This document shows, in pieces, positions 37,439 to 46,845 of a stretch of DNA of 64,000 bases. The DNA is from an uncultured Candidatus Saccharibacteria bacterium. Lineage in GTDB: Bacteria; Patescibacteriota; Minisyncoccia; Phycocordibacterales; UBA918. The notes beneath the pieces were generated by a model. The model saw only the letters and a list, made by a program, of their open reading frames with translations, ran no database searches and was not told where the DNA came from. The stretch is taken from the NCBI GenBank assembly GCA_964469295.1, contig CAYXYJ010000004.1, forward strand, positions 17,557 through 81,556, in the 5' to 3' direction. Position 1 is the first letter of the stretch. Each line of letters opens with the position of its first letter. A program made the translations under genes and the position numbers.

Positions 37439-38362
37439 TTGGTAAGACCATGCTACACTAGCGCCATGATGAAGTTATGTACAATTATCATTCGATTCGT
37501 CATTGGTATCTTTGCTCTTGTTGGACTGGCAACGGTGAGCGTGTACATCGCCATGCAATATGGGTTATTAAACGTTCGTGGTTCCATTGTTGAGCGAAAT
37601 GCGTTTTTTGGGAGGATTCCGACCATCGCCACTACCACAGACGGAACTATTGTAGCGATTGAAGACGAAACCAATGGCTGCAAACCGCCCCTATCACAAA
37701 CCGAACCCTGTGCGTGGAATGAAACAATTTATTGGGAGGTGGTAAAAGGTGGATTAGAAAAAGACACCGATGTTATTAACCGTGTCGCCAATGAAACGGG
37801 TGTACCGGCCAGAATGATCGCGGCGACCGTCGTGCCAGAACAAACACGATTTTTCACCGACAATCGTGATGTCTTTAAAAGATATTTTGAACCACTAAAA
37901 TTGTTGGGAAGCATGTCACAATTTTCGCTTGGCGTTACCGGCATCAAACAAGCCACAGCCGAGCGAATTGAAGCCTATGCCGTCAGTACTACTTCCCCAT
38001 TTTATCCTGGAGATACCATCGCTCCACTATTAGTATATGGTCCAGATGAAGATAGTAATCACGAAACTGCATTATTTAATCGATTAACAAACGAAAAAGA
38101 TCACTATTATTCTTACCTGTATACCGCGATTTATTTGAAGGAAGTGACGGCACAATGGCGAATGGCTGGCTTTGACGTGGTACATCGTCCCGATATTTTG
38201 GTCACATTATTTAATATTGGTTTCGACGCATCAGAACCAAAAGCCAATCCTCAAGTCGCCGGATCACGGGTTACCACGGGCGGTCAATCATACAGTTTTG
38301 GCTATTTAGGCACCTTGTTTTATGACTCAGAAGAACTGACAACAGTATTCCCACAGCCGTAA
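37439..38362 (+). CDS. membrane-anchored hypothetical protein
   Basis: N-terminal TM helix; no recognised domain. Confidence 0.35.
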   Translation: MVRPCYTSAMMKLCTIIIRFVIGIFALVGLATVSVYIAMQYGLLNVRGSIVERNAFFGRIPTIATTTDGTIVAIEDETNGCKPPLSQTEPCAWNETIYWEVVKGGLEKDTDVINRVANETGVPARMIAATVVPEQTRFFTDNRDVFKRYFEPLKLLGSMSQFSLGVTGIKQATAERIEAYAVSTTSPFYPGDTIAPLLVYGPDEDSNHETALFNRLTNEKDHYYSYLYTAIYLKEVTAQWRMAGFDVVHRPDILVTLFNIGFDASEPKANPQVAGSRVTTGGQSYSFGYLGTLFYDSEELTTVFPQP

Positions 38363-38388
38363 ATAGAATTACATTGATGGTGGACATA

Positions 38389-38421
38389 AAAGCGGGGCGG
38401 CCTTTGGCCGCCCCGCTTTTA
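38389..38421. terminator. bidirectional terminator (AAAAGCGGGGCGGCC-TTT-GGCCGCCCCGCTTTT)
   Basis: perfect hairpin. Confidence 0.7.
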
Positions 38422-38448
38422 TACTCTGTTGTTACTTTGAAGTTTCAA

Positions 38449-39432
38449 CTAATAACGATCTGTTTCAAATGATTCAACACGACCACATTCAAGTGTTTCG
38501 TCATCGTCTTCATCTTCGTATTGCACACAAAGGCGGAAGAAGTATTCAGTATCATTATCCAGTCCAGATACCGTGTAACTAAAATCATCGTCGCCTTCAA
38601 AACGAGAATCAATACGTACCTTTTGCAAATCGTCACCATCGGTGTCGATATCACCATAGGTATTTTCATCAATTACATCTTCAACCATGTCTTCGTCTTC
38701 ACCATAGACAAAGAACACCACGCCGTCTTCGGCATCATTCATATCAACTGCCCCAGTCAAACGAGCTGAATAATCGGTAATATTCTCGGCATCGTCAGTG
38801 GTAACACTTGGCATATCATCATCGTCGTCACGATCATTATCCCAATTACCTTTTACGGTAAAAGAACGAACCGCACCTTCACTGACGTCGCCATCTTCAT
38901 CTTCGGCAACGGCGCGATAATAGTAGGTACGATTCCCATCAATATCGTCAGCAATAATAGTAAAGTCTTCATCGTTATGTCGTTCTTTCAAGAGAATAGA
39001 CGGCGTACTGTAGGACAGAGCCTGAGTCAGACCATACTCAAACCATACCCGAGCTTCATCTTCATTACGAAAATCAACAGTACCAGACAATTCAACGGCA
39101 TTGTCGATTGAACTTTCATCAACGCCACCAGTGACGACACGAACGTCGCCTCCTTGGTACCCACCATGAGTATAATTACCATTAGCTAATAGCGTTTGTA
39201 ACTGTAATTGTAATTGAGCAATAATTGCGTATAATTCGGCAATTTTAGCGTCATTATTGTAATAATACGTTGTCGCGGCATTGGCACTTTGCGCACCAGT
39301 TGCCAAAATAACGAGACACAAAAACGACACCACCCCATATGAAAATTTTGTCATATTTAATATTCTACCATACTCTATACATTTGTAAAGACAGTCGCCT
39401 TTTAACGTCATCATTCCTATCTGGTCTGCCAA
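38449..39432 (-). CDS. secreted, highly acidic (Asp/Glu-rich) protein with two Fn3-like modules; probable start about 39354
   Basis: signal peptide plus AXA site; YYYRAV...SFTV and TEYFFRLCVQYED Fn3-like endings; poly-D tracts. Confidence 0.4.
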   Translation of the reverse strand: MADQIGMMTLKGDCLYKCIEYGRILNMTKFSYGVVSFLCLVILATGAQSANAATTYYYNNDAKIAELYAIIAQLQLQLQTLLANGNYTHGGYQGGDVRVVTGGVDESSIDNAVELSGTVDFRNEDEARVWFEYGLTQALSYSTPSILLKERHNDEDFTIIADDIDGNRTYYYRAVAEDEDGDVSEGAVRSFTVKGNWDNDRDDDDDMPSVTTDDAENITDYSARLTGAVDMNDAEDGVVFFVYGEDEDMVEDVIDENTYGDIDTDGDDLQKVRIDSRFEGDDDFSYTVSGLDNDTEYFFRLCVQYEDEDDDETLECGRVESFETDRY

Positions 39433-40706
39433 GCGCTGTCTTGTCGCACCAATAACTCACTGGCTCGGGCGGGCTCTTTCATTATTTCCTCTACCACCCG
39501 TTCCATACGTGACCCCTGCGATCCTTTTACAAATACGACATCTCCAGGCTGTAAAAACGATTCTAATTCTTTACCAGCTTTGCGAGCGTCATCGTATTGG
39601 AAAATACATTTTTCAGACAGGCCACCAGTGAGCGCCCCTTCAGCAATTTTACGAGACCGTACACCAACGGTAAATAATAAATCGGCGACAGTAGCAGCTT
39701 CAACACCAATCCGTTCATGTTCTCGTGATGAAAATTGACCGAGTTCCAACATATCACCAAGCACTACGATTTTTCGCTTAAAGCCAGTTAATTCCGCAAG
39801 AGAGCGTAATCCTGATTCGACTGCTATTGGTGAAGCATTATACGTATCATCAATGAGACATGATCCTTTAATTCCTGGAATAATTCGCATCCGCCCCGCA
39901 GGACCGTGGTAACTTTTGAGCGCTTCGGCCACCGCAACTAACGGAATATCAAATTGCATAGCCACCGCAGCAGCAGCGCCAACGATATAAGTATTTTGCA
40001 CACCAATCGTGCCGTAGAGTTTAATAGTCGCAGTTTCGTCAATATGAGTTAATAAAAATTCCGAACCGACTGGCACGTCATCGTGATACAGTACCTTGTC
40101 TCTTGCTGCCGTAAATTGCGTTGGTGCATATCGACCAAACCCAACACTTACTTGGCGTATATCAGCGGTCGCGTTGACTAACTTTGGATCATCATGGTTA
40201 TAAATAAATATACCATCCGGCACCAATGCTGCTGCTAATAATAGTTTTTCCGCAGCAACGGCTTCGGGCGATGAAAAATACTCCACATGGACAGGTACAT
40301 CGGGCAGACGGGTAATAACAACAATTGTTGGTTTTAACCATTCAGTAAGTGCCTTCATATCACCAGGACGATCAACTCCGGCTTCTAATACGAGTATTTC
40401 TGGATAGGAACGGGACAAGAGAGCGATAAAAAACCCTTCAATAATATTCCATATCCATAATATGGGATTGTCCCACGCATTTGGTAATCCGAGCACCGAT
40501 AAGGGAATACCAATTTCCGAGTTAAAACTTTTTTCACTTTTACGAGCTTTTTTGTGTTTTTTGAGTACGGCAAAGATTGCGTCTTTGGTGGACGTTTTAC
40601 CAACACTTCCTGTTACGGCAATGATAATTGGCTTTTTGCGACGTAATAAAATTGCCGCTTCAAATGTCAAAATTGCAACTATAATATTTTTGAAGAATGC
40701 TTTCAT
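39417..40706 (-). CDS. murF: UDP-N-acetylmuramoyl-tripeptide--D-alanyl-D-alanine ligase
   Basis: P-loop VTGSVGKTSTKD, Mur ligase middle and C-terminal domains. Confidence 0.85.
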   Translation of the reverse strand: MKAFFKNIIVAILTFEAAILLRRKKPIIIAVTGSVGKTSTKDAIFAVLKKHKKARKSEKSFNSEIGIPLSVLGLPNAWDNPILWIWNIIEGFFIALLSRSYPEILVLEAGVDRPGDMKALTEWLKPTIVVITRLPDVPVHVEYFSSPEAVAAEKLLLAAALVPDGIFIYNHDDPKLVNATADIRQVSVGFGRYAPTQFTAARDKVLYHDDVPVGSEFLLTHIDETATIKLYGTIGVQNTYIVGAAAAVAMQFDIPLVAVAEALKSYHGPAGRMRIIPGIKGSCLIDDTYNASPIAVESGLRSLAELTGFKRKIVVLGDMLELGQFSSREHERIGVEAATVADLLFTVGVRSRKIAEGALTGGLSEKCIFQYDDARKAGKELESFLQPGDVVFVKGSQGSRMERVVEEIMKEPARASELLVRQDSAWQTR

Positions 40707-40713
40707 AGTATAA

Positions 40714-42432
40714 TCATCGGTCTGGCGGAATATTGTAATAATTTATAAGAAAAGTTGCCAAATCTATAAATGGATCAGTCAACGTTTCAGACGCATACTG
40801 TACCCCCTTTGGTTCTACAGTATACAGGAAAACAATAAATTGTGGGTCGTATGCAGGAAAATAACCAAAAAATGAGTGTAAGTAGCGATCATCATAGTAT
40901 CCGCCAGTAGGTTTGGCTATTTGGGCGGTACCAGTTTTAGCAGCAATAGTATGGTGTGGCAAGGCCACCGCTCCCCCCCGCAAGGCGTCGTCAACCACCG
41001 TCGCCAACATCCGAGAAATCGTCTCGCTGGTTTCGGGAGTGAAGACCGTTGCGCCATCCGGATATTGAATATCCTTTTCGGTACCGTCGTCATATTCGAT
41101 TTTTGACACCACATGTGGCGTGACTAAATGTCCGCCATTCCCCAGCGTCGCAAGCGCGCGTGTGATCGCGATTGGGGTCGTAGCAATCCCCTGCCCAAAC
41201 GATGCAGTCGCATATTCAACTTCACGCGGTGACTCGAGATTGGAAACTAACCCACTCGCTTCGTTTGGCAAATCAATACCAGTTTCACTACCTAATTTAA
41301 GATTGGTAAAGTATTCACGAAACTTTTTATGTCCCATTAATTTTACAATATGTGCCACTCCCGTATTAAGCGATTGATTAAGCACTTCTTGCATGTTGAC
41401 GGTGCCGCGCCCACGACCGTCATAATTTTTAATGGTAAAGGTGTTTAGTTCTAAAAATCCTGGATCATAATAGGTCGATGCCGGCGTCACCACATGACTA
41501 TCGAGTCCAGCCGCCATGGTTAAGGCTTTTACAATCGACCCCATCTCATACACATTTTCAACCAATGGATTTTGGAACAGTTCAATTGGCACTCCTTCAC
41601 GATTATTTAAGTTAAATGTTGGCACAGCGCTTATAGCACGAATTTCACCAGTGTGTGGATCCATGATAATTCCGCCGGTAAGACTACTGTGGTATTTGTC
41701 TTGCGTTTCAAGCAAAATGCGGTCGAGCATACGAGCGACGGTTGGTTCGATAGTCGTCACAACATTACCGTGTTTCGTCTCATTTTCATTAAATACTAAA
41801 CCACCTAAGTTACTAAAAATCTCGGCGAAAAAATTCACCGACAAGGCCGTGTCGTCACGCACCAACACCTCATCGTATGAGCTTTCAATTCCATACTTGC
41901 CACGTTGCATCGTTCCGTTGTCGGTGTATCCGATAAATCCAAGCGTCCGAGCCATCACTTCATTCCCAGGATAATAGCGCCATTTTGTACGAGATAAAAT
42001 CACGCCGGGAATATCCATCGCGTCAATAGCGGCGGCGTCATCGTTACTAATTTGAGTATCAATTTCCACGTAGATGCGGTTACTTTTTGCAACTGCATCA
42101 AGGAACGTTACTTTGTCACAGGTAGTGTATGCAGAAATTTTTGAAAATGTGCTTTCAGCATCAGTGATGAGCGTTGGGTTAATCGCAAGCACATACCCAG
42201 CTTTCATACTGGCGGCACCAACTTTTTCGCCGTCCTTCGTAGTAAAATAAATTGTACCACGATCGAACATTCCCTTTGACGTATGGACATACTGACGAGT
42301 GGCGCTTTCGACGTACGCCTCATGATGGGCAATTTGCACATTGTACAACCGCACCATCAACAACAACCCAATCGCTAATATAAAAAAAGATACTACTCTG
42401 ATTCGCTTGGGATACAACCGTGGACCGCGCAT
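40714..42432 (-). CDS. ftsI: peptidoglycan D,D-transpeptidase (class B PBP, FtsI-type)
   Basis: N-terminal TM, SIVK (SxxK), SLN and KTGTA motifs; position in the dcw cluster. Confidence 0.8.
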   Translation of the reverse strand: MRGPRLYPKRIRVVSFFILAIGLLLMVRLYNVQIAHHEAYVESATRQYVHTSKGMFDRGTIYFTTKDGEKVGAASMKAGYVLAINPTLITDAESTFSKISAYTTCDKVTFLDAVAKSNRIYVEIDTQISNDDAAAIDAMDIPGVILSRTKWRYYPGNEVMARTLGFIGYTDNGTMQRGKYGIESSYDEVLVRDDTALSVNFFAEIFSNLGGLVFNENETKHGNVVTTIEPTVARMLDRILLETQDKYHSSLTGGIIMDPHTGEIRAISAVPTFNLNNREGVPIELFQNPLVENVYEMGSIVKALTMAAGLDSHVVTPASTYYDPGFLELNTFTIKNYDGRGRGTVNMQEVLNQSLNTGVAHIVKLMGHKKFREYFTNLKLGSETGIDLPNEASGLVSNLESPREVEYATASFGQGIATTPIAITRALATLGNGGHLVTPHVVSKIEYDDGTEKDIQYPDGATVFTPETSETISRMLATVVDDALRGGAVALPHHTIAAKTGTAQIAKPTGGYYDDRYLHSFFGYFPAYDPQFIVFLYTVEPKGVQYASETLTDPFIDLATFLINYYNIPPDR

Positions 42433-42443
42433 ATAATCATTGT

Positions 42444-42755
42444 CTAGCGATTAGCCGATACCGTTGTTGCTTTTGCTCTGGTAACAAAAATCTTTTCGCT
42501 TGTTTCTGATAAGTTTGATACCGAGGCAATACGCTCACTGACAGTATGTTGTCGTTCCAAATACGTCGATTCGAGCATCGCGATATCGGTTTCGAGTGAC
42601 CGAGACTTTTCTTGTAACTCTTTTCGTAACACCACCTGTACAACAGACGCTGATAAAAAATACATATACGCAACCAAAAGCAAAACCAAACACAATCCCA
42701 ATAGCCCAGCGAGTATCTGTGGGGTAAGAAATACTTTTTTGGTAGTGGTGGTCAT
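42444..42755 (-). CDS. ftsL: FtsL-like cell-division protein
   Basis: small bitopic protein with a coiled-coil, between rsmH and ftsI. Confidence 0.45.
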   Translation of the reverse strand: MTTTTKKVFLTPQILAGLLGLCLVLLLVAYMYFLSASVVQVVLRKELQEKSRSLETDIAMLESTYLERQHTVSERIASVSNLSETSEKIFVTRAKATTVSANR

Positions 42756-42771
42756 ACGTTCGGTGTAATGT

Positions 42772-43659
42772 TTATAATTTCTCTATAATGCGTAACTTTG
42801 CGCTGCGGGCGCGGGGGTTTTTCTGTAATTCTTCATTTGATGCGGTAATTGGCTTTTTGCAAACCAATTGACCAGTGTGATCATGTGTATACGACCGAAA
42901 TGCTAGTTTAACTATTCGATCTTCGAGACTATGAAACGTGATGATTGCCAATCTTCCTCCCGGCAATAAACGGTGGAATGCTTCAGCGACAAAACGTTCG
43001 AGTACATTTAGCTCATCGTTCACAGCAATGCGAATCGCTTGAAAAGTTTTCGTCGCCGGGTGAATACGTCCCCGACGATGTGGTAGGCGCATCGCGTTTA
43101 CAATAATCTCAGCCAACATTTTTGCGTTGGTGATTGGGGCAACCGCCCGCGCGGCGACGATGGCTTTGGCAATTTTGCGTGACTGGTGCTCTTCTCCATA
43201 ACCGTAAATAATGTCTGCAATGGAAGATTCTTCCCACTCATTGACGATGTCGTAGGCTGTGAATGTATATGATTCACTATCGCCAAATGTCATCAACAAA
43301 CCTTCTTCATCGGTGAAAGAAAAGCCCCGACCATTTGTTATAAATTGATCTGACCGCCATCCGAGATCGGCCAAGATGCCATGCACGAAAGGAATTTCTA
43401 GTTCATCGAGCACGTGCCCAATGTCCGCAAAATTACTTTGTCGAATATGTACCATTGCCAAGCCGTTAATAGTTGGTGTTACTTCTTCAACTGCCGTTTC
43501 GTCTACATCAATACCGATGAATGTACCTTGTGGCCCCAGCGCCGAGACAATGTCTCGGGCATGTCCACCAGCACCCAAGGTAGCGTCAACAATGATGCTC
43601 GCTCGGGTAATCCGCAGCGCATCTATAGCTTCCTTTTGTAGCACGGTAATATGCTCCAT
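42772..43659 (-). CDS. rsmH: 16S rRNA (cytosine1402-N4)-methyltransferase
   Basis: HITVLQKEAIDAL, DATLGAGGH, SAM-binding and C-terminal RsmH motifs. Confidence 0.9.
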   Translation of the reverse strand: MEHITVLQKEAIDALRITRASIIVDATLGAGGHARDIVSALGPQGTFIGIDVDETAVEEVTPTINGLAMVHIRQSNFADIGHVLDELEIPFVHGILADLGWRSDQFITNGRGFSFTDEEGLLMTFGDSESYTFTAYDIVNEWEESSIADIIYGYGEEHQSRKIAKAIVAARAVAPITNAKMLAEIIVNAMRLPHRRGRIHPATKTFQAIRIAVNDELNVLERFVAEAFHRLLPGGRLAIITFHSLEDRIVKLAFRSYTHDHTGQLVCKKPITASNEELQKNPRARSAKLRIIEKL

Positions 43660-43695
43660 ACACTGCTTTGGTAATTTATGTAGAAGTACGGTGAC

Positions 43696-44178
43696 TTAGA
43701 AGACACCAATATCAGAAAGTTTTTCGGCGAGTGCATCAGCCTGCATCTCAATTTTTGCCTTGTACTCTGTCCAACGATTATCATCCCAAATTTCTACACG
43801 ATCATGGATTCCGGCCAAAACGACTTTGGTGTCTAATTTAGCAAAATCCTTCAAAAAATCTGGAACGAGAATACGTCCAACTGAATCTACCTCTACCTCT
43901 ACTGCTCCTGATAAGAAGAAGCGGTTGAAACTTCGTGTGTCCGCTGACCCGAGTGAGAGTTCACCAATTTTGCTGGTGATTTTTTCCCACTCGGTGTGCG
44001 GGTACACAAAGAGACAGTTATCAAGACCTCGGGTGATTATAAGCGTCTTCCCAAGTTCCTTGCGCCATTTTGACGGCAAGGACAGCCGTTTCTTGGGATC
44101 CAACGTATGCGTATATTCTCCGATCAACATAATTTTGTCTTGATAGCCATCCACGTCCATCCCTGACAGCGGCAGCAA
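43696..44178 (-). CDS. mraZ: transcriptional regulator MraZ; likely start at MLIGEY (approx 44127)
   Basis: duplicated DxxxR motifs (LDPKKRLSLP / VDSVGRILVP). Confidence 0.85.
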   Translation of the reverse strand: MLPLSGMDVDGYQDKIMLIGEYTHTLDPKKRLSLPSKWRKELGKTLIITRGLDNCLFVYPHTEWEKITSKIGELSLGSADTRSFNRFFLSGAVEVEVDSVGRILVPDFLKDFAKLDTKVVLAGIHDRVEIWDDNRWTEYKAKIEMQADALAEKLSDIGVF

Positions 44179-44248
44179 ACGGTGGAGCGTTGCGGCAGCT
44201 GTCAGAGATAGCGTGGATCAGTCTAGAACTTTCATTCTATACCACTAT

Positions 44249-44290
44249 CTCCCACCACACGTACACTATACACCACTTTGTCCCACTGCA
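44249..44290 (-). promoter_or_regulatory. candidate MraZ operator: direct GTGGG/GTGGT repeats upstream of mraZ
   Basis: minus strand reads GTGGGAC-aaa-GTGGTGT-...-GTGGTGGGAG at approx 10-nt phasing; resembles the E. coli MraZ box arrangement. Confidence 0.3.
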
Positions 44291-44340
44291 AACCATATTT
44301 GTGCACAATTTTGGTGGATAACCAAACTACAAAACAAAAA

Positions 44341-44366
44341 CCCACGGGGCGCTAGCGCCCCGTGGG
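44341..44366. terminator. bidirectional terminator (CCCACGGGGCG-CTAG-CGCCCCGTGGG with A-run and T-run flanks), followed by a second hairpin at 44391-44415
   Basis: seen directly. Confidence 0.7.
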
Positions 44367-44437
44367 TTTTTGTTTTTAATATTTTATAGGAACGCGCGGC
44401 CGGAGGCCGCGCGTTTGGATGCTGGTGATCGGGCAAT

Positions 44438-44583
44438 CACTCAACCGTCGTTGGTACAACCGTGTACCCTAACAACCGCTGATCAAAACCCCGACCAATC
44501 ACAACCGGCAGCAGCGTCGCGAGAAATGTCTCGTCATACTGTGCCCGATCACGATACGGAATAAAAAACACTCCGGGCCTCAT
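44438..44583 (-). CDS. candidate 48-aa GC-rich small ORF (below ORF-track cutoff)
   Basis: AGGAGTGA RBS 6 nt before ATG at 44583; GC-rich; no homology recognised. Confidence 0.2.
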
Positions 44584-44644
44584 CTTGTCACTCCTCTTAT
44601 AGTCTCCATACTGTTACTGACAAGCAGAGAAAAAAGTTACCGTG

Positions 44645-46153
44645 TTACGCTTCGCAACATTGTGGATTGTCAGGAGGAACGTTGGCAACACTATTCTCAG
44701 GAGTTTCGTTTTTAGGTTTTAAGAGGGGAAACATTTGCGTCTCACGCAGAGGTAGTCCAGCCAGGAACGCAAATAGTCGTTCACCAAACCCATACCCACA
44801 CGTCGGTGGCATACCATACTCGAGCATTTCGACAAACTCCCAATCGGCCATCATCGCTTCTTCGTCGCCAGCATCGAGAAGTGCCTTTTGGATTTCAAAT
44901 CGCGCTCGTTGGTCGTCGGGGTCATTTAATTCACTGTAGCCGCGCCCCACTTCACTGCCGGCGATAATCGGCTGGAACATCTCCACCGTTTCGGTACCAG
45001 GACGAGTCTTGGCGAGCGGTGCCACTAACTTTGGATGATTAATCAGAAACGCCGGACCGGCAATTTGCTTGCGGCAATACTTCCACAATGTATCAGTCAG
45101 ACGTTCACGGTTGTGACCATCATATTTCACGCCTAGTTCTTTGAGCTTTGCCTCCATTTCCGCTTCAGTGGCCGTATGAATATCAATCCCGGTTTTTTCT
45201 TTGATCGTTTCAGTATAGTCAATTTCGACCCAATCATCCGCCAAATCAAATGTATGCCCACGCATGTCGAACTTGGTTTTACCAAAGACTTCGGTCGCAA
45301 TCGTCCGATATAGGTCACGCACAAACGTCATACCATCACGATAATCGGCATACGCCCAGTAGAATTCGAGATTCGTAAATTCCTGCAAGTGTTCAGGGCT
45401 CGACCCTTCATTCCGATAGGCCCGACCGATTTCAAACGTCTTGGTGTACCCTGCCGCCATAAGTCGCTTCTGCCACAATTCACCGATGCAAATGCGCATA
45501 TAAACCGGCATGGCAAAATCATTGTGCCAAGTTTTAAACGGTCGAGCTTCGGCGCCACCGGTCGTTACTTCAATGGTTGGCGTTTCTACTTCCAAGAAAC
45601 CATGATCTTTCATGAATTGCCGGGTCACTTCCCAAAACTGGGCTTTTTTAATAAAAAGATCACGTAATTCAGGATTAAGAAGAATATCCAGGTATCGTTT
45701 CCGATAGCGAGTTTCTTCATCTTTAATGCCGAAATGTTCGGACGGAATTGATTCGAGAGCCTTTGTCAAAACGCGCCACGTGGTGACGCCCACCGCCTCG
45801 GTATCGCGTTTTGTCATAAACGGCACACCGGTGGCTTCGATAAAATCACCCACATCAATGGCGTCGGCAAACAAATTGAACAACTCGTCACCAACTTGGT
45901 CTTTCGATAAAAACAACTGGAGCTTTGCCGTTCCGTCAAAGACATCAACAAACGCCGACCCACCATGAAGCCGAATAGCGAGCACCCGACCAGCGACAAC
46001 GACGACACTGTGCGTAGCTACCAAATCAACAAATTGTTCCAACACTGCGACACCGGTATGGGTTTTGGCAGTTTTTGCCGTATAGGGATCCATGCCCGCC
46101 GCACGCAGAAGTTCGCGTTTCCGTCGTCGTTCTGCAATAATTTCACTCGCCAT
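44645..46153 (-). CDS. lysS: lysine--tRNA ligase (class II)
   Basis: OB-fold anticodon-binding N-domain, class II motifs (FLEVETP, YRNEG, GGGxGxGxDR-like GYGFGERLF). Confidence 0.9.
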   Translation of the reverse strand: MASEIIAERRRKRELLRAAGMDPYTAKTAKTHTGVAVLEQFVDLVATHSVVVVAGRVLAIRLHGGSAFVDVFDGTAKLQLFLSKDQVGDELFNLFADAIDVGDFIEATGVPFMTKRDTEAVGVTTWRVLTKALESIPSEHFGIKDEETRYRKRYLDILLNPELRDLFIKKAQFWEVTRQFMKDHGFLEVETPTIEVTTGGAEARPFKTWHNDFAMPVYMRICIGELWQKRLMAAGYTKTFEIGRAYRNEGSSPEHLQEFTNLEFYWAYADYRDGMTFVRDLYRTIATEVFGKTKFDMRGHTFDLADDWVEIDYTETIKEKTGIDIHTATEAEMEAKLKELGVKYDGHNRERLTDTLWKYCRKQIAGPAFLINHPKLVAPLAKTRPGTETVEMFQPIIAGSEVGRGYSELNDPDDQRARFEIQKALLDAGDEEAMMADWEFVEMLEYGMPPTCGYGFGERLFAFLAGLPLRETQMFPLLKPKNETPENSVANVPPDNPQCCEA

Positions 46154-46200
46154 AATAGAGCTATAGTAGCGTTAGTTTGGGCTTTTGGCAAAGTCAGGAA

Positions 46201-46235
46201 CATCAAAAGCGGCACCTACGGTGCCGCTTTTGATG
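46201..46235. terminator. bidirectional terminator, perfect 35-nt palindrome CATCAAAAGCGGCACC-TAC-GGTGCCGCTTTTGATG
   Basis: seen directly. Confidence 0.7.
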
Positions 46236-46237
46236 TT

Positions 46238-46723
46238 CTATTCGACTTTTAGGACTTTATATTTTTGCTTCCCAGCGGGGGTTTCAAAGGTGAATTCATC
46301 GCCCTTGGCCTTCCCCATCAAGGCTTCACCGAGCGGTGAGAGGTACGATAATTTATGCTCGTGAATATTCGCTTCTTCCGAACCAACAATGGTGTAGACA
46401 CGATTATCTTTTTCCTTTTCTTTTACAATCGTTACTGTTGAACCCATTACCACGATATCGCCTTTTTTGTCATGAGCAACGATTTTGGCTTCTTTGATGA
46501 CTTTTTCAAGATGCGCAATGCGCTCTTCGATGGCTGCTTGCATATCACGTGCTTCTTGATATTCAGCATTTTCGGAAAGATCACCAAGACTTCGTGCGTA
46601 TTCTAATGATTCGGCTACTTCTTTACGACGCACGGTTTTAAGATGATCAAGCTCTTGTTTTAATTCTGCAAATTTTTCTGCAGTCAAGAACGATTGTTGG
46701 TCAGTCATATAGAACGTTATCAA
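46238..46723 (-). CDS. greA: transcription elongation factor GreA
   Basis: N-terminal coiled-coil (LTAEKFAELKQELDHL), C-terminal FKBP-like domain. Confidence 0.9.
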   Translation of the reverse strand: MITFYMTDQQSFLTAEKFAELKQELDHLKTVRRKEVAESLEYARSLGDLSENAEYQEARDMQAAIEERIAHLEKVIKEAKIVAHDKKGDIVVMGSTVTIVKEKEKDNRVYTIVGSEEANIHEHKLSYLSPLGEALMGKAKGDEFTFETPAGKQKYKVLKVE

Positions 46724-46845
46724 GTAATCAGTGCCCCTATTATACGGACTTCGTCAGTCTGGTCAAATTGTGGACAGTACCGTATTCACCATCCCATTGT
46801 AGATAGCGTATAAAAATTATTTCCACAGCAAAATCGTGGCAATAA

